From contig CM074805.1 of assembly GCA_037447605.1 (NCBI GenBank), positions 2,327,361 to 2,391,360 of the forward strand: DNA of 64,000 nt. Direction: 5' to 3'. Made by a program: the position numbers and the translations under genes. Of this stretch, positions 1 through 11,718 are shown in pieces; the first letter of the stretch is position 1, and every line of letters starts with the position of its first letter. This stretch comes from Zygnema circumcarinatum SAG 698-1b (Eukaryota > Plantae > Zygnematophyceae). The notes under the pieces were generated by a model that had not been told where the DNA came from, did no database searches, and was given only the letters and a program-made list of their open reading frames with translations.

Positions 1-124
1 CGGGAGGGAAAGACAGAAAGAGAGAAGAGGGAGAAAAGTGTTACCTCATTTTGAATGGGGACAATTTTTGTTGTGGCTTGCGTGAAAGCAAGCAACGTCG
101 ATGGGTCCACGTTCTCTTTCTCTA

Positions 125-158
125 ACATCTGGAGTTCATGTGTATGAACTCCAGATGT
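125..158. repeat. Perfect 15-bp inverted repeat (hairpin, 4-nt loop)
   Basis: ACATCTGGAGTTCAT (125-139), loop GTGT, then ATGAACTCCAGATGT (144-158), its exact reverse complement. Confidence 0.9.
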
Positions 159-980
159 GAAAACAGTTGTCGGAAAAGCAATGGCATGAGGTACAACAGG
201 TTGCTGCAGAGGTGAGGTGAGGTGGCATCTCCTCATCTGGAGCAATAGTCAGGACACAATGTGACGGTGAGTAATTAACTGCTCTAAAATTGGCTCAAAC
301 AAGAGAATTTCCTACCTTTCGCAAACCAAGACAGACGAGAGCGATGCATTCTTCATGGCAAAGGGTAGTAGAGGCAGCGAAGCACACTGAGAAGGAAAGG
401 ACACCAAGCAGGAGGCAAGGCCACGCGAACATCCTCTCTTATCTTCGTATTGCGTAAGAGTTCTTTCCAACAAAAGTATGAGAAAATAAGGATAAGGTAA
501 GGATGGGAAGAACAAAAATACGAAAAAATGGGAGGGTTGGGAAATAGAGTGAAAGCGGGAGAGAGGTGGGATACCGCGCCGGTCGGTTTTGGAGGAGCCG
601 CTGGCTGGCACTGAGCAAGAGGACGCTTCTGCCATGGCTGGGCGCACGCTAGGGAGGAGGGAGGCTGTGAGGTGGCGCAAGCGGGCTGGGAGGGGGATGT
701 CGTGCCGGGTGTGGACGCCATGGTGACGCCTGCCGCCAATACCATTCTCGCTGAGAATCGGTAAAACCACCGCTTTGGGTGGTGATAAGTCGCAGATAGG
801 TCAGTATCGACACAAGTCCTAGGGCTTCATGACCAATTTCGACTTGTAATGGTCACCAGCGTTGACTTGCATTTGGTTCGGCACGTTCGCAAAGTAATCA
901 TTATTACCAATTTCTCTATCCCCGATTACCAATTACCAAGCTGTACGATTACCAAGTTTTGTTTAAGTCTGAGACCCCCT

Positions 981-1368
981 AATATGAGGCAAAAATATGA
1001 ATTTTGCATATATAAGGTTCGTGTTACGAATAGACGGGTGGTATTACGTTAGAGTTCATGCTGGACCGCACGATCGTAATCGCATTTACATCGCATCAGA
1101 TCGTGACATTGCCTCGCTTAATATCGTGATCAGACGCGGCTAAGCGTCGCGGACGCGATGCATCGAAGTTTTCCCGCCTCGTTGTTCGCTCCCAGCTCAG
1201 ACGGCCGCATCTTTAATAATACCATATCGGGCTGCCAGACACGCCTAGTATCGCAGTATCGCACTTCATCGCTTCGCATCGCATCGCATCGGGGCTCTAA
1301 GAAGGGGAGAAGAGCGAGCGCCTTACCGCCAAGCATCGAAATGAGATAGGTGAGTTTTGCGAAGCCCG
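981..1368 (-). repeat. Left arm of a long inverted-repeat (foldback/TIR-like) family
   Basis: Reverse complement of 981-1070 (CAGCATGAACTCTAACGTAATACCACCCGTCTATTCGTAACACGAACCTTATATATGCAAAATTCATATTTTTGCCTCATATT) matches 9065-9151. Reverse complement of 1240-1368 (CTTCGCAAAACTCACCTA...GTAAGGCGCTCGCTCTTCTCCCCTTCTT...CGATRCGATRCG array) matches 8893-9015. Confidence 0.8.
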
Positions 1369-2128
1369 CACCCGCCAGCGCGCATAGTAACGCTAGTACC
1401 TGCTAGTACCTAACAAGACGGTCAATAAGCAACACAAGTTACCGCATAAAAGGTGGTTTCGCAAAAATCGGGCGAAAAATATTGAGGACGACCAGGGTGG
1501 TAAATAATGGTGACCCCTTAATCGTAGACCGGGTGCGGTTAAACGTGACGACACGGGCGCCAGCGGCACGGTAATCGACCGACCGCGGTAGCATGCATCG
1601 TATACGGATGTACCGCATCAGCATCAGATGTCGTCATTTCTATGTACAAGAGGGCGTAACGCGAAACTTCACGGTAGCTTACGCAGGGGTCTCGTATTTA
1701 CCGCCCCAAGGAGTGCGCCCCTCAAGAAATTCGCCCCGATTTTGCTTTAAAACCACCTTTTTGTACCTGCACTTGCGCTAGCTGCATCGTTTGCATCGCT
1801 CGCATCGTCCTCTGCATTTAGCCGTATCAGCTGCTACGGGCTTTGTAGCACAACGGAGCCGCGCTCGACGGATCCGGCCCCGCCGTAATCGCACATATTC
1901 ATATTCAACCGCATAATCCGTGAGTTGCCGACTCGAGAATGCGCAAAGGCGGGCGCCATGTGTTGGCGCCTAATTTTAACAAAGACACCATCCAAATTTG
2001 AAGACTCCTGCTTGATGAGCCGCCCCATTGTCGCCCATCACCTACCTGGTCTCCACGTATCGGGCCAAAGCCTCTCAAGCAAGCAAGAGGCCAATCAGTG
2101 GATCACACCAGCCGAGGCTCAAGACGGA

Positions 2129-2825
2129 TGTCGTTAAGTAGATGGGATGTCAAGTGATGCTTGTTTGTCTTTAGTGCCGGGCTTAGTAGGTATTTGTCGT
2201 GGTAGGTTTGTTGTCCTCGCTCTTCTTCCTCTTCGCCCAAAGAATGTGATGCCAAGTGAGAGAGAGAGAGAGTTCAATGCGATAGAGAGAGAGAGAGAGA
2301 GAGAGAGAAAGAGTCTTCGTGCTGATAGCATTTAGACGTCCTATTCAGCCCAGCTAGACAAAGATTTCAGTGAGAAGATCCTTTCATTGTAATGACTAAC
2401 CCCAGCCAACCGCTGTCTGGGGTGACATACCAAAATACGACCTTTATCTAAGTTGAGTCCTGTTTTCCCTTTATCGGCCACTAGCCCGGGCCATACCATC
2501 TTGTTCTATCCCCGCCTTACACATTCCTCCCAATGACCAATGATAACTAGAAGCCTAGCTAAGAGACCAGCCGAGAGAGGACAGGGAGGAGAGCCCCCAA
2601 GGAAGGGCTCTCATGCGATCGAAACCAAATTCTCACGGGTGGGAACGCCTTTCAGATCTTCTAGCTGCCCGGGCCGCTACAGACCTCTCGAATCCCCTGA
2701 TTCTGCCTAGTACGCAGCAGACCCACGTAACCAACCCAACCCTTCATTAGTTTCAGCACGCACGCGCGGGTGGCCGTACAGCACCTACAACTAGCTCAGC
2801 AGTCTCCTCTTAACCCCACTTATCT
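2129..2825 (+). repeat. 5' LTR
   Basis: Homologous to 8460-8883 (TAAGTAGATGGGATGTCAA..., a (GA)n tract, GAGCCCCCAAGGAAGGGCTCT, identical 98-nt 3' end) and immediately followed by the PBS. Confidence 0.8.
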
Positions 2826-2837
2826 TGGTATCAGAGC
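2826..2837 (+). promoter_or_regulatory. Primer-binding site complementary to the 3' end of tRNA-iMet
   Basis: TGGTATCAGAGC directly after the 5' LTR; the canonical plant LTR retrotransposon PBS. Confidence 0.9.
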
Positions 2838-2865
2838 TGAAGGTTTTGCAGATCCACGTACCTTG

Positions 2866-5262
2866 ATACGTGAGGCTGCCGATCCTATGACACTTGTCAC
2901 AACCGCCATGGACGAAGAGCTGCAACAAGAGGGACAAGCAGATCTTCATGAGTATTCAGATGAAGACTTGGGACCTCAAGAAGGACAGGCGATCGGAAAT
3001 CCAAGGACGGATTCAGATCGTGAGGAAGAAGCAATGAGAGAGATCAAGATGGGCATCACCGGCGAGAACCCTTATCCCACCGGGCTTACCTGAGCGTGAT
3101 CGAAATGATTGAAGAGTCAGCAAATAATCTATCCGGGCAACATAGCCACGATTTGCCGGGCGATATGCACTAGATGATCAAGCCAAGTGTACCGCCTGGG
3201 GCCGGCCGCTACTACCGCAGATGCCGCGGAAGAGAGGGAGGCCGCCGAACCTGAGGCCCCCCGCCCACCACGGACACAACCCCCCGGATCTCGGATAATT
3301 CACGCATCAGAGTCCTTCAAGCACGCTAGCCGCACGGAAGCCCCATGCAGCCAAGGGATTCCTCTAAGACACCCTTACCTCCCGGGCGCTCACAAGGTTA
3401 CTCCATCCCAAGAGCCCTGTGCGAGCGTAAGCCAGGGCAAGGGGCAGACGATCGCAGTGACCCTCCAGCCTTTTCGCAGACCAACCCTCCGGCAGAGAAG
3501 CACACGTCAGATCCGAAGCCTCAAAGAAGATGGAAGAGATGATGACAAAACTGATAGCCATGATTCCTGAAAAGAGTGAGGTGAGGGATACCACGGGCAT
3601 CATCACAAGAGGCTTCACCGGCAAGCAAGAAGATGCGTAAGCATGGCCGAGACACCTTTGAGGAGAAGGCAAGACAAGCGACTCGGGTTGAGGAATGTCG
3701 ATCGTCACCCTCGAGCCGGAAGCGAGGCCCGGTTCGAAGTCGGCCCCAACCGCACAAAGCGAATGTCGTCGGCACTCGACAAGGACACATTCAAGGCTTT
3801 CGCATAACGCCGGATTTCATATCCACGGCTAGACCAACTTCGCTACATAGAATGCCATGCTGATGAGCGGCCGCTTATTCAGCACGAGCGTTTTGTGCGA
3901 TGGCAAATACCATCGAACTTGCCCCGACTTTCCCCGGTTCTCCGGTTCCGCAGTAGCCATCAATGGTGAAGGATCTCCACTGGATCGCGGAGTTTCTCAG
4001 CTGCAGACAACCCGCCTCAGCCAGATGCCCGTGCCTGTTAGAAAGGGCGTGAGCGAATCTCGTATGATCAAGAGAGAGGCAACCGACATGTACGACCACA
4101 TTACATGAACGCTACAGATCCACGACAAGATCGACTCTACCAGCAGTTCCTGAAGACACAGAATCAGCAGTTGTATGATCCCTATGCTACATCTTCTAGG
4201 AACAAGCCGTCTTTCTCCGGCATCCCTGCTCAAGACGTCCGGTCAGCCCCTGTGGTGCAGCCTCTGGCCATAGCCAGCACGACCAAGCCCCTTCCCCTTT
4301 CCCCATACCCTCATGATCCTGCACATCCCATTGAGCCGGCGGTGAATCCTCACATACCAGATGTTTCTCGTCCAGGATATCGGGCTCCTTATTCCGATCG
4401 CACACCCGAAGAGAGAGAAGCTGCCAGGGCCGATCTGCGCCGTCGGATGACAGAGGCAGGGGTTCCAGAGGGCGTCTGTCTTGCCTGCGGCCTGAATCAT
4501 AATCCGCGGCTGCGTTGCGGACCATGGACCTGCACCTTCTGCCAGATCACGGGACATGATGCCCGTGTGTGCATGCGGAGACTCTCAAGTGAGAAGGCCC
4601 GAAAGGGGAAAGAGGCAGCAGCAGGGAGCTCACCTGCAGAGATCACCTTCATGGATATGCTCCCGACTACCTCCCACACTATCGAGGAACCTCGCCTCTT
4701 TCGCCCGCCCACCTCCTTCGCTACCCACTTACACCATCCCCGCAACGCCCCACCATCCACCTCGCGACCCATGGACTCCCTTCCTCGACAGACAGGCCGA
4801 AAGCCCGACCCCGCTCGGCCACGCGATCGCCCAGATTGCCGCTGCATTACAAAATCGTTATCCGAATCCCCCATCACTAAGAGGGTGCTCGCCCGGATCG
4901 CCGATTGCAAATGCCTTGGCGCAGGCTCCCCGCCAACCAAAGTGATCCTCATTCAGACCTCTGCCATTCCTCCCCTCGCCGATGTCGAACGGGCGCCAGC
5001 CTTCCGGGCACGGCTCCACCTGGCCGCCACCGGGTCCGAGAACTTACCCTCCCTCCTTCCACGGGTCATCCATTGGGATCCACGCCTGAGGAGGAAACTG
5101 ACGATCTCAATGAGGAGGAACCGACAGCGGCGCAGCCAGAGCCGAGAGCACCAGCGACAGAAGAGATGCACGTCAACCCTCCCCATCGCCCTCGGGCAGC
5201 CCGTTTCTACCCCCAGGCAGCCGACCGACGACCACCCCCCCCGACAGATGGCCTATCCCTGA
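2866..5262 (+). pseudogene. gag remnant with CCHC zinc knuckle
   Basis: Fragmented ORFs after the PBS. CTFCQITGHDARVC (C-x2-C-x4-H-x4-C) lies at 4531-4572, preceded by a CLACGLNH...C variant. Confidence 0.7.
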
Positions 5263-5569
5263 TTGAACGCATGGTTCATCAGCTCATGGGAGACAAGGCT
5301 AAGATCGGCATTACCTTGTCACAGTTGATGCAACTGGTTCCAGGTGCTGCAGCCGTAGTTCGCAAGCTGGCCGACAGTGCCGAGGCCACCCTGCGGCCTC
5401 CCACGGTTACCATGGCACCTCCTCCTGACATCCCTCACGCGACATACACCATATACACGGCGCCCTCCCGACCCGCCGCCTCCCCCGCCATCCCTCCTCA
5501 GCCGATTCAGATCCTCCCTCCCATCCCCAACACCCAACGGGCGACCATGGTCACAGGTACAAACGGTCA

Positions 5570-7954
5570 TCCCAAAGAAAGCCATGATCGACACTGAGCT
5601 ATGCTAATAGCCTGGCCCAAGCAAGTGATGAAGGCTGCAGGGGTTAAGTTGGACAAGACGCTCGAGCCCATTCCCCGATATGTGGGGGTAAAGGGGAGTC
5701 TACATGAAGGATTGGGCAGTGCCCAAGTGATCATCAGCCTTGGCGAGATGGGAGCCACGGTGAATGCGGTCATCACGGCCGCTGAGCACTATTCTATCCT
5801 GCTGGGCTCAGATTGGCTCATCGCGATGGGAGCACAAATCGATCTGCCATGTCAGCCTTCAAGACTTATCTATCGGGCGACATCGCTTCCTTCCCCATCA
5901 TCATCCTCGAGTCCCCATACCTCCTGCTTCTAAACGCCACGCCACGGCGCAGGTCTCCTACCCAGAGATCACCATGTACCATGCTGTCGGCAGCCCCCAT
6001 TCTTCCTACGGATCGGCTAATTCTGATACCGATGACGAGACTTCCCCTCCTGCTCCCCCGAGTCCAGCCCTCTGTGCGCCGACGGAGGAACTTTTTGTCA
6101 CGGCGGATAGTCAAGATCCAAATTTTCCCGTTTCACTCCAGACCATCGCGATGAAGAGTGGCCGGAGATAAGAGTCGATGCGACAGCAGCATCTCGCACC
6201 GGACAAGCATTCTCAACTACGCTGGGTGTCGCCAAAACCACCTTAGTTTTCGCACTCCATATTCACTCTATTACTCCAAGAAGACCCACCTGACAGCACC
6301 ACATCATACGTGATGCACCTCCCGCGGATGACCATGACTCCCTACCGCTCACGCCACAGCCGATGTCGAATCCATGACGATGAGAACGCGGCGTACCGCT
6401 TGATGGAACTCGAGAAGGGCCTTGGGCCAAATCACCGTTTCCGCTCAAATCAGATGGCACACTTCTATGGAGACCATCGGAAATCAATGCCGAACGGCGG
6501 GATCCCTATACATACCGATGTGGACTCCTATCTCCACTCTGTCTCCATGACCGTGGTTCTCTGCACTTGACATGTAGTCCTTTTCCGGCATCCTCGCGAC
6601 AGCTCTATCGCTTAAGACAGCCACGTGCCCACGCCGCCGCAAGTGCGCGGACGGTGCTTCCTTTGGGCTTCAGTAACGCAGCCGGCTCACCAGCCTGGCC
6701 AACTGTGTTCGCCCCTCGGCCGCCTTCGCGAACCTTACGTGGATGATGCTTCGATCCACAGCAAGGACTGGTCCTCCCACCTGCAACACATTGACCAAGT
6801 CCTTCAACAGCTCATCAGTGCGCGTCTGAAGATTGCACCCAAGAAGTGCAAATGGGGCCACCAGGAGATCACTCATCTCGGGCACCGCCTCGGCATCAAT
6901 GGACTGAAACCATCACTCGACAAGATTGAAGCGATTGGCCTTATGCCGATTCCACAGAACCTCACTCAGCTCAAGTCTGTCTTGGGACTCACCTCATTCT
7001 ATCGCCAATTCATCAAGGGCTATGCCCCATCGCCGCCCCCATGCCTTGGAGAAGACGGAGTCCACTACACACGGAGCCGAAGCGCGTGATTTGGCCTTCC
7101 AAGCCAAGAGTGCCCTCCTTCGTGCCCTTGTCCGGTGATCCATTCGGACCCCACCCCGCCTAATTATCATCGACGCTGATCGAGTCGACGGGCTTTGGGG
7201 CGCTTGCCACTGCCTTCGATGGGGAACACCCTCGGCTTCCATTATGCTAGCAGGTTTGTCTCTAAACCCAGACCAAGTACAACCCCATCGAGGGTGAGGC
7301 AAATGCTATTCTCTCGGCAATCGAGAAGTTCGGGGTTTCCACGGCCTACCAGCCCCATTATCATTAGATCACCATGCCACTCACTTGCCACACATCATGG
7401 CTACCCTACGACCTAAGTTTGCACGAAGTGATAGTTGGAGGAGAAGCAATGTACCAAGGTCACCTGACCGCTCCTACCGGCCACGGCAATGCCGACGGGC
7501 CTCGCCGCAACCTTCGCCTCCCTCCTCCTGGGTCACGACCGCCGCCTCAACCCATCCCTCCACCCACCCGCGTGAACCCAGAGCATCTTCCCATTGAGAT
7601 TTTTATTGCCGATCAAGACCTGCATGACGTCATATTCGCAGATGGGCTGATCGATATTCCGGCCATGGCCACCACCCTCCATCGCTGGCAGGACCCTGAT
7701 TTCACCCACGGCCACCCCCATGCGGATCCGTGGGAACTCCTCATGGATGACGATGGCGACGCTCCCTTACTTCCTCCCCATTTCCCCAGCGCCAATGATG
7801 TCCATTCAGACTCCTCCCTTCTGCGCTACGTCATGACCCGCACATTGCCCCCTTTTATCACGGACACCGAGAGGGCTCGGCTGCTCCGCCGCTCTCGGAA
7901 TTTCTCTGTTGATGATGACGGACAGATTCTGTACCTCCCCTCTGGCCTTCCTGT
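5570..7954 (+). pseudogene. pol remnant (protease - reverse transcriptase - RNase H), frameshifted
   Basis: KAMIDT (frameshifted DTG active site) and ILLGSDWL at about 5580-5820. FYGDHRK/INA resembles FCVDYRKLNA at about 6460-6500. YVDD...KCKWG...HLGH...VLGLTSFYRQFIKGYA at 6735-7025. RNase H-like EANAILSAIEKF at about 7295-7330. Confidence 0.85.
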
Positions 7955-7964
7955 NNNNNNNNNN
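7955..7964. other. Assembly gap (10 N placeholder); others at 8643-8652, 18772-18781 and 20338-20347
   Basis: Runs of N; the true gap lengths are unknown. Confidence 1.
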
Positions 7965-8459
7965 CGCGACGTGACATGTGTGTCACGTCACGGACGCCAT
8001 ATTATATAGTGCATAGTTTTATTATGGGAAAAAAACCCACCCACACTACTTTGTCATAGTCTCGGGTCTTATTCTGTGCCTGCTCGTGCTGCTAGGCTGC
8101 CTACACTTGTGTCGTGAGGTAGTGAGTGAGAGGGACCTTGAAGTAGTGGGAGAACTTCATTGTGGGAAGACAGTTTTATTATAAGGAGTTTTAGAGCCGT
8201 GAGCTTTCTCCTAACACTCTCTCATTGTGATTTCCGCTGTGCTTGTATTGTAGCTTCATTCTGTTGTTATGGGCGATGAGTGAAGTAAGATAGAGCTTTG
8301 AGTGTTTGAATGTCTTCATCCGTGGGAACTCAAGTTCCAATGGAGGGCGACACCCGAGGTGGCGCCGGAAGTGGGGAGCAAACCCCTGCTTCAACAGTCA
8401 GGCCTCTCAGTGGGCAGTAGGCCAATCAGGGACTGTCACTGTTGAGGCTCAAGATCTAT

Positions 8460-8883
8460 TGTCAGTGCTAAGTAGATGGGATGTCAATGATGCTTGTTTG
8501 TCTTTTAGTGCTGGGCTTAGTATTTGTATTTGCTGTGTGGTTTGTTGTCCTGTTCTTCTCTTCTTCCTCTTCAGTTCCAGCAACAGATGCTAAGTGTGAG
8601 AGAGAGAGAGAGTTCCATGCCATAGATAGAGAGAGAGAGAGANNNNNNNNNNGAGCCCCCAAGGAAGGGCTCTTTGCGCATCGAGTCTAGCCGCCGGTGG
8701 GAACGTCTTCAGGATCTCTACGTCTTCCGCTGCGCGTACCTCTGAATCCCCCGGATCCTGGCTCTATGCTGCAGGCAGATCCACAGAACCAACCCAACCC
8801 TTCATTAGTTTCAGCACGCACGCGCGGGTGGCCGTACAGCACCTACAACTAGCTCAGCAGTCTCCTCTTAACCCCACTTATCT
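8460..8883 (+). repeat. 3' LTR (interrupted by an N gap)
   Basis: Homologous to 2129-2825. 8787-8884 is identical to 2729-2826 and is not followed by a PBS. Confidence 0.8.
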
Positions 8884-8892
8884 TGTGCTACA

Positions 8893-9151
8893 GCTTACGC
8901 AAAACTCACCTAAAATCCCCGCACGTGCCGCCGTAAGAGGCGCTCGCTCTTCTCCCTTTCTTCTTGGCTTCAATACGATACGATACGAAACTCCTCGATA
9001 CGATACGAGCCGTACTAGCCGTACGAGTTAGTAGCCGATATAGTACGATACGGTACGACACGTACGGTCCAACATGAACTCTAACATAATACCGCCCGCC
9101 TTTGGTAACACGAACCTCATATATGCAAAATCAATATTTTCGCCTCATATT
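8893..9151 (+). repeat. Right arm of the long inverted-repeat family
   Basis: Inverted homolog of 981-1368 (see that feature). Confidence 0.8.
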
Positions 9152-9554
9152 GGCCAAAACCAGGGTGGAAAATATGAGGACCCCCTACTGTACAGTACAG
9201 TACCCCCCCCCCTTCCCCCTCCCCCCTCCCCCCTTAATATTTTCCACCTTAGTACTTGCGTTACCCAAGAAATTCACCCTGATTTTGAGGAAACTACTTT
9301 TAGTACGGTAAGTCTGTGTTAAGGTATTAGGAGTGTTAATATAACCTGACCTATGTTCAATACGAAATCTGTTAACGGGTTTCGAACATGGGTCACGCGT
9401 GAGTAAAGATAGAAATTGTAAAAAGCGTACGCTATGTACGGCACCAATTAGATTTCGTATAGTCAATTGTACGGCACCCATAGGAGCTCGCGTCAGGGCC
9501 CGCCGGGCGGCCATGCGCTTCCGTACATAGAGAAACAGTACGGCCGCAGGCCGG

Positions 9555-9675
9555 ACTCTAACATAATACCACCCGCCTATTGTTAACACGGACTTCCTTA
9601 TATTTTCAAATTCCAAGATTTTCGCCCAATATTTGCCGAAACCATGGTGAAAATACTAGGGGGGGGTACTGTACC
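9555..9675 (+). repeat. Third, direct copy of the inverted-repeat family module
   Basis: GACTCTAACATAATACCACCCGCCTATTGTTAACACGGAC... matches 9077-9200 (GAACTCTAACATAATACCGCCCGCCTTTGGTAACACGAAC...). Confidence 0.75.
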
Positions 9676-10543
9676 GAACAACATTTTTTATGCATGCTTG
9701 CGTGAATGTACCAGGCATGTGCAGCGACGCATCCACTGCAAAAGTCTTGGCATTATTTTTAAGACAGCGACGCCATCAAACGAACATACAGAAGGGCATT
9801 ATGAAGAAGCAATGTGAAAGGTAACGAATGACCAACAAAAGGAAAGAACTACCACAACCGTCATGCTGCTTTGCAAAGCTGCCATGCTGCATGGTGCACT
9901 GTCACATGGTTCACATCCTCCCGCATCCTCTGCAATGTGGATGCCATGGGGTCGCTCTCTCCATTGCGAATTCTAGTCGAGCAGCTTGCCATGTGCACAT
10001 CTGCCACCTCACTGGACGCTGCTCGACGACAGTGTGCAAAATGGAGTAGGGCACTCAACGGAGGACTGCTCCTACAGGCAATAACCACTCTAGCACCACG
10101 TTGAAAGCTTGAACCCATGCCATGCCATGCCATGCCATGCCGCTCTTGGACAGGAGGGTGCGCGCGACGTGGCAAAAGGGCGCAACCAGGCACTCCTTGT
10201 CACAAGCGTGCTGGTCCTGTTTGCAGTCCCGTTCCAGCGCCGTTACCGCCCATGTAACCCCGCACGGCCAAGATCTCGTTGTCGGGATCCCGCGGTCGTA
10301 CACGCGAAGCCGCCTCGACGGACCCTCCGCGTCGCGACTCGCGAGTGCGGCACGCGTATCCTTTTCGGACGGCCTCGACCGCCTGCGGACGGCCCTGATA
10401 GGCTGGCGGACGGTAGTGCGCGCGGTCGTTAGCGCGGTCGCGGGGTTTGGAGACGGGGGCCGTCGGCTCCTTTCCTCCCTCCCTCCAGGTCTTCAGGGGC
10501 TGCGGCGGGCGGCCGGGCGGGCGGTCGGGCGCGCGGGCGGGCG

Positions 10544-10576
10544 TGTACTGGTGGGCGCGCAGTACAGTACTGTACA
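10544..10576 (+). promoter_or_regulatory. Cluster of 4 GTAC motifs (candidate copper-response elements) upstream of COPT
   Basis: GTGTAC...AGTACAGTACTGTAC just upstream of a strong donor AAG|GTAAGA at 10621. GTAC is the SBP-domain (CRR1/SPL7) CuRE core. Function is inferred. Confidence 0.4.
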
Positions 10577-10811
10577 GGGCGGGCGGGCCATGGAGCCGCT
10601 GCGGCTGCCTGCAGGTGAAGGTAAGATAAGACTGCTGTGGGGCGCTACGAGAGAGAGATACTTGCGGTTGCGGAGAGCAGAGGAGAGGATACTTTGCTGC
10701 TGCGTCTGCGTAGGCTATCTGCTGCACCGCGCGCCTTGGGCAACAGGGGTAGAGGACTTGCTTGGCTGTGGGTATGGATTCTATGCACAACCACGGTGCG
10801 GTCCCTCTCCC

Positions 10812-10813
10812 TC

Positions 10814-10857
<44 letters not shown>

Positions 10858-10872
10858 TCTCTCTCTTTCTTT
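10812..10872. repeat. (CT)n microsatellite / pyrimidine tract
   Basis: Long CT dinucleotide run, probably inside a 5'-UTR intron of COPT (putative 10621-11707). Confidence 0.85.
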
Positions 10873-11718
10873 GCTCTATAATGACCGACCCTGTCCTCAC
10901 TTGGTCAGGTTATTTGACTGATTGTTGCGGCTATCATAAGTGTGGTTTCCCTTCTCCTCTCTTTGACATTCGCCTCCTTTTCTGCACCCTCCTTTCTTCC
11001 TCGTCCTCCTCCTGCGCTTCCTCTTCCCCCCCCCTTCTGTTTCCATCTCCTTGTTCACCTCCCCCGCGTCCTTCTCATGATTCTTCTCTTTCTCGCCTTG
11101 TCTTCGGCTTCTCCACCTTCCCTTTCTCCTCCTCCCTCTCTTCTTACTCGTATTCGGTCTTCTCCTACATTTTCCTTCCTGTTGCCAAAGGCTGCTGGAC
11201 TTCATGATATTTTGCGCGTCTGCTATCTCTTCAGCTTTAATTGCTGACGCCAACTTCGATTGGCTTCGACGTCAATGCTTAGACGAGACTCGGACTTGCG
11301 AGGTTATGGTTACGAAGTCTTGGAGGTGATATCCAAGTGCGGGAAGGAAGATGCTGATGTTTTTTATCGGAGAGTTTGACTATTGGCTTTTTCTTTTTGT
11401 AACACAATTCTACATTCGGGTCGTTGGATATATGCCAATCACAAGCGTCTTTCTTCTTACATTCAAATGGCTGAAACGAATGTGCAGCTAGTAGCAGCTT
11501 CCCCTAACTTTGTACTTGCATCTACCATCGATTTCTTAACTTTTGACTCACGTTGACGGAAAGGCACTTCATTCAAGCACATATATTAGACATTACAGTG
11601 GAGACATTCTCTCCCCGTATCAGCAGATTCAGCTGCCAGAGACTTGAACTGTATATTTCATTTGTTTCTAATAGCCTTTTTATCTGTGTGGCGGCAACTC
11701 CTTGCAGATAGCGTGGAC

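Larger units (their letters stand above)
2129..8883 (+). mobile_element. Degenerate Ty3/gypsy LTR retrotransposon
   Basis: Two related LTRs, a canonical PBS TGGTATCAGAGC, a CCHC zinc knuckle, an aspartic protease and RT (YVDD) followed by RNase H, i.e. gypsy order. Many frameshifts; integrase falls in or after the gap at 7955. Outer 5' boundary is uncertain because weak homology extends to about 2070/8401. Confidence 0.9.

Noticed and set aside
863-893. Motif GACTTGC...GGTTCGGCAC.GTTC.GCAAA shared with ~21395-21428
   Set aside because: Only about 30 bp with mismatches and two copies; not enough to define an element.
7968-7989. 9-bp hairpin GACGTGACA-TGTG-TGTCACGTC
   Set aside because: It abuts an assembly gap and is short, so it cannot be told apart from a contig-end artefact.
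8975-9070. Regularly spaced CGATA/GTAC repeats as a possible CRISPR array
   Set aside because: Short degenerate pentamers with no constant 23-47 bp repeats or unique spacers, in a eukaryotic context.
10122-11253. Long ORFs (361 aa and others) upstream of COPT
   Set aside because: They cross GC-rich and (CT)n low-complexity DNA, show no domain similarity, and overlap the probable COPT promoter and 5'-UTR intron.
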